Source: Chlorokybus atmophyticus
Lineage: Eukaryota > Plantae > Mesostigma and Chlorokybus algae
Assembly: GCA_009103225.1 (NCBI GenBank)
Contig: RHPI01000017.1
Location: 62,001-126,000 of the forward strand
Reading direction: 5' to 3'
DNA length: 64,000 bases
The translations under genes and the position numbers were made by a program. Position 1 is the first letter of the stretch; every line of letters starts with the position of its first letter. This document shows, one piece after another, positions 1 to 12,128 of the stretch. Below the pieces are notes generated by a model. The model searched no databases. It saw only the letters and a list, made by a program, of their open reading frames with translations, and was not told the origin of the DNA.

Positions 1-1805
1 GGGACCGGTCGATATCTGCGGCAGACTCACAACCTACCGATATCCGCCACAAGTCATGAAAACGTCGTGCTTAATGAATAGGCCAAAAAAGGTCCTAAGA
101 TCATGAAACTCGGCCTCGACTGTTACACTCCTCCCCCCTTAGGTGAGCTTCGTCCTCGAAGCTCGCGAGGTTGTCATGATCGTCGTTGCAGAACTTGTTG
201 TGCATTCGCCAGGTGCTCCTCCGGTTCTCAAGTGGCCTTATGCATAGGGTAGCCCTTCCACTTCACGAAGTATTTGCGCACGTTGCGCACCAGTTTCTCC
301 CCCACAATGTCCTCCACTTCATATTCCACATGATTGACTGTAGTAACTTAGGCGGTGGACATAATGGTGATTCTCCTCGATATGGTTTCAGCAGGGATAT
401 ACGAAAGACAGGATGGATGTGCATAGTCTTAGGTAGTTGCAACTTATACACGACGTCCGAGAACATCTTTATGACATTAAAAGGTCAAAGCCAACATTCA
501 CTCAACTTGCGAACTCCAGCACGCACCCGTAGTTCCTTGCAAAAAGCATAACCATGTCGCCTTCTCGAAATGTGACATGTCGGCGATGCGCGTCCGCGTA
601 TTGTGTTTGCCTATTTTGTGCCACCAATAGCGCCTCCCTCGCTGCCTTGTTGATGTCCGCACACGTTGGAAGAAAATTGCTTACAACTTCCACATCAATG
701 TCACTTCGTTGCGGTGTCCATGTTGTCAGCGGTGTCAGCGTGTGTTGGCCATAGTTCATGAGAAAGGGGGTGACACCCGTGCTTGCATTGGTGTGGTTGT
801 TGATGGCAAATTCCACCACTTTCAGCAACTCCGCCCAATTGTTTGTGAAGCGGGATCCACGATCGCTCACAATGCTTCGTGGTAGTCCGTGGGAACGAAA
901 GATATGCTTCATAAACAAGCTTGCTGCCTCTAGTGCCGTGCAAGACTCATAACACGGTGTCAAGTGTACCATTTTGCTGGTTTTGTCCACAAACACGAAT
1001 ATTGCGTCGTACCCTTCTGTTGTCTTCGGCAGCCCCGTAATAAAGTCCATAGTATAGTTGCTCCCACTTGGACAATGGCACGGGAAAGGGTTGTAGCAAC
1101 CCACCTGGCTCTTGGTTGCTTGCTTTCACCATTTGACATGCGTCGCACAACGCCACATAGTCGCGTACATCACGATGCATCTCCCGCCAGTGACAGCGTT
1201 GTTTCAAGCTTGCTAACGTCCTCTCCACTCCTTGGTGGCAAGCAATGGGTACGTCATGAGCTTCTTTAAGGAGTTGAACGCGTATATGTGCAACATTGGG
1301 GATGTACAAGCGGCCATGATGCCATAATAGGCCGTCTTGCTTTGTCCAATGTCCACTTGTGTCCGTTGCTGTGCTCTCCATGTCCCGCAAGACTCTCCTA
1401 CCTTCTGTGTCTTCGCAAAGCACTTGTCGGATCTAGTCGGCCCACTCCGGTTGCACTTGAGCGAGTGCTTCAATCGCATATAACCGGCTTAGCGCGTCGG
1501 CCACAATATTAGACGTACCGGGCTTGTACTTGATCTTAAAAGTTGAAAGAACTCCAACCACCGCGCTTGTCTCCAGCTTAAATGTGGTTGTGTCTGTAAG
1601 TACCTCGATGTTGGATGGTCCGTCTCTAGCACGAACCTTTTGCCCTCAAGAAAGCAATCTGCAACGCCATTGTCGCAGCGCCAATAGCTCCTTCTCGTGC
1701 ACAGGGTAGTTCAGCTCTGCTCCACTCAATTTTTTACTATAGAACGCTACAGGTTGAAGACCCATGCCTTGGTCTTGCTGTAACACAGCTCTCACAGCCC
1801 TGTTG
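1..1805 (-). mobile_element. pol: Decayed Ty3/gypsy chromovirus 3' half: RNase H, integrase, chromodomain, PPT and start of 3' LTR
   Basis: Minus-strand motifs: RNase H 'AVLQQDQG..QPVAFYSKKLSGAELNYPVHEKELLA' (~1680-1800); integrase zinc finger 'HDVPIACHQG..CDACQ' (947-1423); core 'MDFITGLPKT..FVDKTSKMVH..IVSDRG' (502-1104); chromodomain 'VEYEVEDIVGEKLVRNVRKYFVKWKGYPMHKAT*EPEEHL' (~200-330). Polypurine tract AAGGGGGGAGGAG (140-128) directly precedes TGTAACA (127-121). Frameshifts and stops present. Confidence 0.93.
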
Positions 1806-1829
1806 CGGACCAGTTTCAGGAGGCCATAT

Positions 1830-2100
1830 ATTGTGCTGCGGGCCTGCGTAGGACAACATCACAGCATGTTACCAGGAACGCATCACAAGTTGTGCCCAGC
1901 ATGCCATTGGCGCTAGCCAATGGGCACGACATCGACAGTACTTGCCGGTCAGTCCCGGTGATGAGACACCAAATCTGGCCAAGGAGGTCAGTGAAGCTGT
2001 GGTGGAAGCTGCTCCTGAGTCTCACCGCGCCTACATGGTCATGGCAGATGGCAATGTTGGTTGGATGCGTACGCAGACATTGACTCCCATGGAGTCCTAA
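1830..2100 (+). pseudogene. Possible terminal exon encoding an SH3-like domain (weak)
   Basis: Unlisted + frame reads '..YLPVSPGDETPNLAKEVSEAVVEAAPESHRAYMVMADGNVGWMRTQTLTPMES*', resembling the SH3 pattern Y..P..DE.......V......V...DG..GW....L. An in-frame stop lies just upstream. Confidence 0.25.
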
Positions 2101-3219
2101 TTGTGCACAAGATATGCAATGCAGTATTGTGCCATGCCTGACCTGTGTGGGGCACGTTGCCCTGTTTCAACAAGGGAGAGCTGTTTCATCACAGAGTGTC
2201 TTGCTATGAAAGAAGGTCTTCCTGCAGATTTGCAGGTTGCATCACACAGCACTGGTACAATAACGGTGTGTGGTTGGCATGCATCAGCATGCGAAACGGC
2301 GTTCTTGACAGCAAAAAAGGGGCGGGATTGAAGTCGGCAGGCAGTTAGATAGTGCACAGTAATAGAGTGGAAGCATGCAACCAGCAGCTGCTTTCTTGCT
2401 TGCCATGTTTTGCACGTGACAGGGCGAGCAGCATGAGCGTGGTGCAGGTTGTAAGAAAGGGGTATGCTGCTCTGTACTAATTACGGGGATACTCATGCCA
2501 ATCAACAGGTGCCTGTGCACTCTTTTTCCTCTATACCATCTCATCGCATGCATGCACATATTCATGCCACCATCATCATGCATAAGTGACTGATGTAGTA
2601 TAAAAGAGATAGTATGCTAGATTAGTGTGCTAGTCAGCATTCAGTTCGAGCAAATATATGTACAGTTATAAATAGTACATAAGTGTTTTGCTTACATGTG
2701 GCTGTGAGGCGGTGGAGGCGCCATTGGTAAAGTCAACGGCGTTACAAGCACCTGCTGTAGAGGCAGCTTGCTTGCTTATTGTTCCTTGCAAGCTGTATTT
2801 ATGTATATCAATGCGATGAACCTGGCTTTGATGTTCAACAAACATGGCTGCCAAGCGAAGTGTCCAAAGCTGATTAAATAAGGTTTGTCTCATGCAATCT
2901 GCTTCCTTGTCACACATAAGCTGAACACTAGCCAGCTGCTTGCCATCCAGCTGATCAGCATGTCAGGCAGCAAAGTGCAGTACAAGCACACAAGTGTTTG
3001 TACAAAAGATGCAAGAGGGAATGCGTACATGCATGTTCGCGAAGTCTATATCACATAGATCAATGGTAATTGGGGAGCCAGAGCGTCACACAAGCAAAGA
3101 TATTGCAACTACACAAGCCAGTAAGTCGCCCCACTATGTACATTGTTGTGCGTTAGAGAGCTGTTGCTTGCCGGCGGACTGTACAAAAGCACTCCACTAG
3201 CACTACGCGTACCCCTTCG

Positions 3220-5276
3220 TCACACTACATCTACAACTTCAAGACTAGAACCATTCCGCTCCTGAATGCACACGCGGTTGGCATACAACGCAGACCTGCG
3301 CATGGCTGTTTCCGCCTCCTCAACATTGGGTTGCTGAATAGAACAAATAACAGCACCATCCTTTGTACGACTCAACCAGCGCACTTTACCTGTCGCGCCA
3401 TTGCACACCAGCCATGTCTTAACCGTACCGACATTGTCTTGCCAACCATGGAGTTCTCGACCAAGCGAATACAACACCATATGTCCACTAGTTCTACAAG
3501 CATGTTTATTGTATTGGGTACTGCCATAGGCATCGGGTTCAGTGATGCATGTTGCACTGTTCACCTCAGAGCGCTGCACGGACCTGGACCATAACTTAAA
3601 GTGGCTTACGATAGAGTTTAGTATAGGCCCTCTGCGTATCTCTTTAATCACAGCCAAAGCCATGGGGAGCAGCGCCAACTCGCCCCGACGCAAATCAGTG
3701 ACTTCAAGAACACATTGTTCCGTTGTGGTGTTGAAGACTCTTACACCATCTTTGTAGATTGTGCCTACCTCAACATCAGCTGCGTTCAGCGCGACAGATG
3801 GCTTGCGGTAGCCAAGTGGTTTCAATCCTTGAACACGCAGTGGCACCACCTTGTATTGGTTCAAGTCTCTCCTCCACACCCGGAGTTGACTGTTGGGAGA
3901 ATCCCAGAACACTACTGTGTCGCCATGGACAGCCAGCGGTTCCTCATGCATGGCAATGCTTTCTACACGAGCAGCACGCTCGATGTCCCACACCTCCAAA
4001 CGGTAACCTATGTTGACCCTTGCCCGTACAACGGACACATTCACAAACAGCAGCTCCCCACTCCAGTACAGGCGGGTCCGACCAGGTGTTTCAAGGTCGT
4101 CATTAGGGATTGTCCCACACGGAATGCTTGAACAGCTGTCATCCAATAGGTTCCACACATGCAGCTCCCGCTCGCCACCCCGACCCCAGCAGGCCGACAC
4201 CACGCGATCAGTGCCACAGAAACACACGTCCAAAATATTTTTGTCTCCAATCCGTCGTGGCAGCAGAGTACAATTGTCTGTTGGGTGATGTGTGCGCTGC
4301 TGCACATTGTCACCAGGTGATGAATGCGCAGCAATGAAGACTGTGCGCCAATCAGCAAGCCAGCCGGGATTTTGTCGCTGTCTCTCAGCATAAACGGGGT
4401 ACTCTTTTTCGCAGAACTTCCGCCAGAGGTTGTCCTGTGCCTTGGATGTTGCCCTCCAGTGCCTAGCACGCCATAAGGTATGAAAAGCATGAATAACTGC
4501 ATGATCAAGTTAATGAGTAAATGAATCAACAAATGTCTGTTTGCTGAATTGATACGTTGTTGCGCAAATATGCAGTGTTGGCAAGTTTGCACACACTCAG
4601 AGATTGCTGGAACTTGCAGTAGAAAGGCCTGGTCTTTCATTGTAGGGTGCCAGTGCTAAACAGAACATGAGAGCTATACGCCGACAAATGCATAAGTTGA
4701 AAACAACACCAAGAGGGCAGTCTCATTCATGATGTTTGTGGCTGGTTTCATTGTGCAGGGCCTGCAGCGGACTGAGCGTGCTGCCAGTATAGATCGTTGC
4801 AACAGCAAGCAGCTCATGCCAGCTCGCAATGCATGCTGTGAATAACTTGGAGCTTAAAAGCAGTCGTTGTCCCACAGCCCACAAACGAGCTACAAAGGCA
4901 AACACACACCACTCTTATGAACAAACCATGTAGCTGTCATGACGCAACTGGACCAGTACGTGCGAATTGAAACCCAACCCAGCATACCGCATCTCTTGTG
5001 TTCCAGCAGTCAAGTCACCAGTCAAGCTGAGGGATTAACAACCAATGCACACAGACCGCTGACAGCAAGTAGTAGAATACAACTAACCAACTCTGTGTGC
5101 AGCAGCACGAGCAATCGCGCTCTCTGTCTCACCAAACCGCTAGGGCAAGTCAGCAAGGACTGCCTTCGTGCCATTGCTGCTGCTGCTTACCGACATACAG
5201 CAGACGCCGCGACAGCTGCCTTCCACCCAGCAAGCTCCAGCGCTGACTCCAGAAAGTCGGCGTCCAGCTCACCCAT
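3220..5276 (-). CDS. F-box protein with C-terminal WD40/beta-propeller-like region; 2 exons (5276-5191, 4462-3220), about 442 aa from this ATG
   Basis: Exon 1 'MGELDADFLESALELAGWKAAVAASAVC' + CG|GTAAGC donor. The CTAG|G acceptor at 4463/4462 continues in frame as 'RHWRATSKAQDNLWRKFCEKEYP', completing an F-box (VCRHW...LWRKFC). The frame then runs open into the listed 361-aa ORF with WD-like 'VVSACW..ELHVWNL', 'RLEVWDIE', 'QLRVWR'. Confidence 0.75.
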
Positions 5277-6518
5277 GTCGCCGCCCACTCCGCCCTCTAT
5301 CGCCGTCGGCTGCAAAACAGCACGCTAATTTCGCAGGCTTGAGTTTGCCACCCTGTGAAGTCAAGGTTGTCACATCATTTCATGTAAACGGAGCTTACTA
5401 AGCTGATGCCCCAGCAATGCAGCACAAGGGTGTCGTCGTTATTGTCGTCGTTGATGTCGTTGTGGAGCTGTGCAGCTAAAGGAATCACTCGCAGCCACAT
5501 GCACAAGGTCTCCCTTTTAGAGCTGCAGCTTAAACTACGTACCACTGTCACAAGGTTGACAAATGGTTGGCATGCTGTTGCCTGCCAAAGGGAAAGCAAA
5601 GGCATGCTGCAATGCATGCTTGACACTGTCTGAATAAGAAGAATACATTACACGGGTGCCAACTGGCGGTTGTGGTGTGCAGTGTCCAATGAATTGGGCA
5701 GAGCAGAAGCTTGCAGGCAGCAAGAAGAGGCACACAGGCAACACCCCCTGCAGCACTTTGACCGTTCTCCCGGCAGCGTTGTGTACCACACCTCCACTTA
5801 CGGCTCCTCACAGCAGAGCTTGCGCTCAAGCTCAACCCAACTCCCGCTATCACAAGCCAATGCATATCCTCCTACCACCCAGCAGCTGGAGCGCAGCTGC
5901 TTGCTTGCTTGCTTGCCAACCCTCTTATGACAGGTAAGCACTGGCAGCAGTGCGAGCGGTGTGCGGTTGTGTAAACGGGTTGGTGTGCTGATCCACGAGG
6001 TGAGGATAACGGTGTTGCAAGCAATACCTGAGGCATCTTGCTTGTTGCATGGTGTACTTGTGCATGTCAGTGCGATAGGCCTGGCTGTCGACACTACATA
6101 AATATGGCTGCCACGTGAGGACCATGATACTGTTTGAATGTGGCTTGTCTTATGGCCACTTCTTCCATGTTATAGAGAATTGAATTGCTGGGCACCCGCT
6201 AGCTGCTTGTTGTTCAGCAGCTAGATAGCAAGCAGCGAGGTGCAACAAACACGCGCACCAACATGTTTACGCATGTATCCATGTTACACTTGAATGTAGT
6301 GAGGTTGGGTAAGCTTGTTGCCAGTGCCACACAACCAAGCCACTTGATAGCCCACACAAGAAAATTGGTAGCTACTAACAATGACAACAACATTCCACCT
6401 GACAGCATGATACGCACATGGGTACCCCTTCATCACCCTACATCTGTCACTGAAAGGCTCGGAACAAAGCCATCCCAATCATGTTTGCAGCATATGCAAA
6501 CGCGGTTTGCATATGCTG

Positions 6519-7662
6519 CAAACATTTAGATTGCTATCTCCGCCTCCTTAGCATTAGGTTGTTGTGGTGAGAAGACAACATCACCATGCTTCGTGCGACT
6601 CAACCAGCGCACTTTACCTGTGGCACAATTGCACAATAGCCACGTTTTTGCTAAAGTCCCGATCGTCGTTGCGATCAGCGAACTCTCGGCTCAGTGAACA
6701 CAACAGCATGTGTCCATTAGTTCTACATACCGCTTTAGTGCCATAAGCATCAAGCTCGGTCATGCATGTGGCACTATTCACGCCAAAACTTGATGTGAAC
6801 GTGGACCACAACTAAAAACGACTGCGTGTCTGCCGATCGTCCGGCCACTCATCACTGTGCAAATCCTTAATCACAGCCAAAGCCATGGGGAGCAGCACCA
6901 ACTCACCAAGTTGGTGTTACGAGATATGACCGAAGTTGCGACTCGAAGAACGCACTCTTCGGTGGTGGTACCAAACATTCTTACACTATGGAGGGTAACC
7001 ACCTTAATATCAGCTGCGTTCAGCATGATAAATGGCTTGGGGGATGGTGTAAAAATATGCTTTCACCGCTGGATGCAGTGGCAACATCTTGTGTACGTCC
7101 AGATCTAGCCTCCACAGCCGATTCTTATAATCCGTCTCATTCCAACACACAACTGTGTCGCCATATATAGCAAAAATAGTGTCCGTCATGGCGATGCTTC
7201 TTGCACGTGCAGCGCGCTCAATGTTCCACACCTCTAAACGTTTGCGCTTGGAACTAAATTGCCATAGCCGCTAACAGCAACTCCCCATTCTGGTAAAAGC
7301 GAGTCTTTGACGCTACTGGAAATACGTCCGCATCAAGCAATCTCCCATGCGCAATGCTCAAATGGGTGTCATGTAATAGGTTCCACACATGTAGCTCCCA
7401 CTCCCCACGCACATGCGAGCATGCCGAAACCACCCGATGGCACCGCAAAAATACACGTCAAGTACTTGTTTGTCTACGCACCCGTGCGGCAGCAAAGAAC
7501 AGATTTTTGTCAGGTAGTGTTTGTGTTGTTGTCACCAGGCGATGTACGCGCCAATCAACAAGCCAGCTGGGGTTTTGTTTCTGTCGCTCGGCGTATACGG
7601 AGTATGCTTGCTTAGAAAACTTGTGTCAGAGGTAATCTTGCTTTGATGTCGCCCTCCAGTGC
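6519..7662 (-). pseudogene. Tandem pseudogene copy of the F-box/WD40 gene (exon 2)
   Basis: Colinear nucleotide similarity to 3220-4462 with the same CTAG|GCACTGG acceptor. It translates 'HWRATSKQDYL*HKF..' (TGG>TGA) and breaks into several frames (7254-7448, 7010-7231, 6614-6811). Intron similarity extends to ~8240; no exon 1 is seen adjacent. Confidence 0.8.
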
Positions 7663-8324
7663 CTAGCGCACAACCAAGTGAGTCAATGATTAAATCAAAT
7701 GACTGAAAGGTCGTACGTCCTGGTGCATGTACTGCGAAGTTTGCACACCCTGAGAATAATTGAATATGCTCATTTCAACTACAGATTGGCAGCTTGAAGT
7801 ATAGAGAGCTATAAGCTGACAGCCGACCAACTTTACACAACAGAATGCATTAATTTCAAGTCCAGGTGGTCGTGGTCAAAGTAATGTGTGCATGGCCTGC
7901 AGTGGTTGAAGGTGTGCCCGTATAAAACCGGGAGAGCGATAAGCTCATGCAAGCAATGCATGCTGCAGACAACTTAGAGCTTGGTAGCAGTAAACAGATT
8001 CATCGTTGCAAACAAACGAGCTGAAACGCACACAAGGCTCTCATGCATAAAGCACTAGGCTGCCATGTTGCGAGCAAACCAAGAAGATGTGTGCACATGT
8101 ATGCCACCAAAGCAACATGACATCTCCTTTACTCCGGCCAGCATGCCCATCACCAATCACGCTGAGGGTAAAACAATGCACTTGGAAATGCTAATAGCAT
8201 ATGTATGCAACTTTCGTCGCATGGCACAAAGTGTATAGCAGCACAAACAGTCTCACCCACTGTCTTTTGTCGCAAAGTGTTACCCCTAACGGCCGATTGA
8301 ATATAGAGGATGGTTGTGGGTCTG

Positions 8325-8368
8325 AGGATCCCCGGTAGACTGTCGTTGTTCAGTCTACCGGGGATCCT
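8325..8368. repeat. Perfect 18-bp inverted repeat (8-nt loop)
   Basis: AGGATCCCCGGTAGACTG (8325-8342) / CAGTCTACCGGGGATCCT (8351-8368). Confidence 0.95.
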
Positions 8369-8505
8369 GATACAGGGGCCTAAGCATAACGGCCGTCACC
8401 AGCAGTCGGCGACCATCTGCATCAAGGGACTGACTCCAACTGACAAATACATGTATACCCATTCATCAAGCAAAAGGCACTTGATCTAATTGGCAAGTTA
8501 TCAAC

Positions 8506-8617
8506 CGGTACCCAACAGGTAGGTACCGTCGACTGTACACTAACTTATTGTGCCTGAGGTACCTTATAGTACCTGCTGTTACCGAATTGTAGCTTTAAAG
8601 GTACCTGTTGGGTACCG
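8506..8617. repeat. 16-bp inverted repeat pair in a GGTACC-rich segment (possible MITE remnant)
   Basis: CGGTACCCAACAGGTA (8506-8521) / TACCTGTTGGGTACCG (8602-8617). Confidence 0.7.
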
Positions 8618-8736
8618 TTCAGTCATAACTAGATACCTCACGTGAACGTCGTCAACAATAGTAAATTAAATCATAAAGAAATCATAATACATATATTGCA
8701 AGTCATACTGGTGCTATGCTACAACATGAATAACTT

Positions 8737-8794
<58 letters not shown>
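8737..8794. repeat. (TAC)n microsatellite
   Basis: Pure CTA/TAC trinucleotide run. Confidence 0.97.
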
Positions 8795-10380
8795 CTACCC
8801 CCACTCTAATATAAGGCCTTATACTAAGCCGCCGCTCTTGCGCACCACCTCCGCCGCCGCTCCTTGTCGATCGCCGCTTCCGTAAGCACAAGTTAATCAC
8901 ACCAGCGCCATGAACAGCAGCATACACATCAATACTTACATTGTAACAACTTACACACACATGCCGCCGCCGCCTGGCCTCACCTAGCCTGGCCTGGCCT
9001 GGCCGCCATGAGATCATAAAAAGCAATTAGCTTATATGCGCTGATGCGCACAACACAACGCTACAACACAGAGCATTGCTTACTTATAGTTGCCCGTTGC
9101 CGCCGCCACCGCCACTGCTGCCGTCGCTGCCACTGCACAACTCGCTCAACGGTTCTCCAGCGCTTGCTAAAAATCTCCTCCATGCAGCTGACCCCATTCG
9201 ACGCTCACGCCTTCGCCTTTCTTCAATCCCGCCGGCTTTGCACAGCGCTGCACTCTGGCAAGCAGCAACAACAAGGTCATAGCTGTTAAGGGGGCTATGC
9301 AACGCGGTTGTGGATTCATTGCCAGGAGAGACACCCTCGACAGCCTTATGAGCCTACCTATGTACTTATCAGGCTCTGCTACAGCATATGTCACTGCTCT
9401 GAAACATGATGATATTGATCAGCATCTTTGGGTACAACCGATTTGGTGGTAGCTACCACCAGTCCACCACTCGTGTTGTTGTAGTTGTGTGCATTAATGA
9501 TGCAATGAAGGCTCAATTGCTAGTACTCCATGCTTCCATACAAACTAGTTTAAACACGCATCTGTACGCATTAAAATCCACATGTTAAAGCACCTCACTC
9601 ATGCTCTGGTTTGTCAAGCTAAGTTTGTTGAAGCTTTTGGATCTGTGTCGCATTCCACAACAAGTGCAGCCTGAGAACATTATTACGGCGCAGGCCATGG
9701 TGGCGCGGTGCGAAAGCTTTCCCATTCGTGTGCTTGAGCCAGCATGTTGCTCTTGAAGACATATGCTGTATATTTTGTTGGTACTGTGATGTACTAGGTG
9801 GTTTTGCTGCGCTAGTAACTGACAGTTGACATGGCAATCAAGTGAAACTATTATTACATTTTGCGCGAGCAGCCTTGTGGATACTGATGTGTTGTATGCA
9901 ACATTGCCAGCCTCACAGAGCACTTTTCCCACGTATGTGTTGCATGAGGTATGCACCTAGCCAACACACACGCTTTTTCACACTCACCAGCTTGGTCAAG
10001 CGCTGCTCCGCTGCGACTTTGATCATGTCGACGGGTTTGCGCCCGGTGAGAAGCTCCAGCAGAGTCACTCCAAAGGCGTACACGTCCGAAGCCGTACGGT
10101 ACTGGTCATTACTCGTTGAGGCTGACTATTGGTCAGCTAGATTAAAATAACAAACTGTTAACCATTTAATTAATACTAGTTGTTAACGCTAGGGTTAGTT
10201 GACACACACACGTGTCAACTTACTGTTCAGTCGCGGGTGGCCCAAGCGGTTATCCGCTGCTGCAAAGAAGCTGCCACAAAGTTGTCCGCATCCTGTCAGT
10301 TGCGGCCGTCACCTCAGCGGCGTCGCTGGCGGCGGCGCTGACGGCCGAAAGTTCGGCTGAGAGTTTGGGGATAGGGGACG

Positions 10381-12016
10381 ATGCCGCCAAATAGGCGGGC
10401 CGCGGCTGCTGGCGGGCAGGGCGGCCGGAAGAGAAAGGCCGCTCAAGCTGCGCAGCCTGAGCAGGCCGCTGGAGGTAAAGAAGCGGCCGATGAGGGGCCG
10501 ACCAGCGAGGCCAGCCCAAGGCGTGCGCGCAAGGCTACGCAGGCTACGCAGCCTGCTGCGCCGCTAGCTACACAGCCGCCGCCAGCGTCACGCGCGGACA
10601 AAAGGCACGACGCTGTGACGCTGGCTCAGAGCGTGACGCTGGAAGGCGCTGCACAGCCTTCAGCGCTCGCTGTGGAGCTGCCCAAGGTGCCACGGCTTCG
10701 GCGCAGCAGAGGGGAGACCTCCTCCTCTTCAGATGAGGAGGAGGAGGTGAACAAAAAGAAAACAGACAAGAAGAAGAACAAGAAGAGAAAGAAGAAGAAG
10801 GCGAAGACACTCACGTCATCCTCGTCTTCAACTTTCTTATCGTCATCCAGTTTTGATGAGGACAGCTCCGACTCTGGGGACAAACATACCAAGTACATCA
10901 AGCACACAGGCTTCATCAAGCGCATGTTCAGACAATCGGAGACGTATGCTTTGTGGGAAGAGTATCGCACGCGCAACCTCTCCACAGGCGTAAAGGGCTG
11001 CTTCGAGGCAATCGGTCGCGCCCTCTTCACAGGTCCGCCAGTTGCGCAGTTGGTGTCTTTTCCGTATCAGATGCTGCTCACGCACGTGCACGGTAGTGTC
11101 GACTTTGCCACAGCCTTTGCGACCGGGGCACGGGGTATCATTAACGATGCCCGCATCGATCGCAAGCACAAGGAAGCCAAGGTCATCCGCCGCCTGACAA
11201 AGCTCGCCAACAGCTTCCAGGGCAAGGCAGCAATGCAGAAAGCCAAGACCTCCATTCCTCGGTAAGTCTATTGTTCATCTGAGAAGTTTGCTCATGAGAA
11301 TGCACAATGTGTGCATGCAATCTGCGCAGCAGCTGCTCAACTATAATGGTGCAATGTGCGCCTGTTCATAAACATGCACAATGTGTGCATGCAGTCTGCT
11401 CGGCAGCTGCTCAACTATAATGGTGCAATGCGCGCCTGTTAATGAACATGCACAATGTGTGCATGCAGTCTGCTCAGCAGCTGCTCAATTGCTATGGTGC
11501 AATGCGCGCCTGTTCAATAACTTGCACAATGTGCGCATACAGCATGCACGCCGGTTGAAGCCAGATATACATGGTGCTACGCGCGCCTATACGTCAATAT
11601 GCACATTGAGTGCATAACATACACACATCACTTGCAGTGTCATGTCAATCGTGCAGTGCGCGCCGTTGACGCAATTGTGCGCATGTAGGCGCTCTGTCAC
11701 AGAAGAGGGGAACACCCAATTCCGGCCACAGCGTGGTCGAGGTCGCGGTTACGGCCGTGGCGGTCGCGGAGGTTATGGTCGCGGAGGAGGCTACTATGCC
11801 CAGCAGGCAGCGCCCGCTCCACAGGATGTTGCCCTACTATGTGCCTGTGCAAGAGCAGCCACGCCTAGCCTTGCAGCAGTGAGTGGTGCCACTAGTCACG
11901 CGCGAGTAGCGCATAAGCAATGCATGTCTGAAGGTGGCCATGTGTATCATAACAATGCGCAAGTGCGCATGTATGCATGTACGTGCGCATATGTGCGTGT
12001 CTGTGTGTCTCGATGA
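10381..12016 (+). CDS. gag: Gag-like ORF1 of the YR retroelement, probably spliced (10381-11261 + 11689-12016)
   Basis: 294-aa basic/acidic low-complexity ORF ends at CG|GTAAGT. The acceptor CATGTAG|G at 11688 restores frame into 'RSVTEEGNTQFRPQRGRGRGYGRGGRGG' (RGG nucleic-acid-binding stretch). Confidence 0.6.
11300..11538 (+). repeat. 74-bp tandem repeat, about 3.2 copies
   Basis: Units starting ATGCACAATGTGTGCATGCA at 11300, 11374 and 11448, with a partial unit at 11522. Confidence 0.92.
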
Positions 12017-12128
12017 TGATGTATCATAGTGTACATGACTCAGAGTGCGACTCTTGACTGTCGTTACAATACCTACAGGAATTACATGTCAAGTACATTG
12101 CAACTAGCTTCATGCTAAAGGTGCACCC

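Noticed and set aside
8325-8368. Helitron 3' terminus interpretation of the perfect hairpins (also 49975-50015)
   Set aside because: No CTRR end at the expected distance on either strand; left as unexplained inverted repeats.
9167-9394. ORF as the missing last kinase exon of RLK copy A
   Set aside because: No nucleotide similarity to the paralogous exon (30828-31025) and no RP motif.
11300-11538. Possible CRISPR-like array
   Set aside because: Contiguous 74-bp tandem units with no unique spacers and no cas genes; eukaryotic context.
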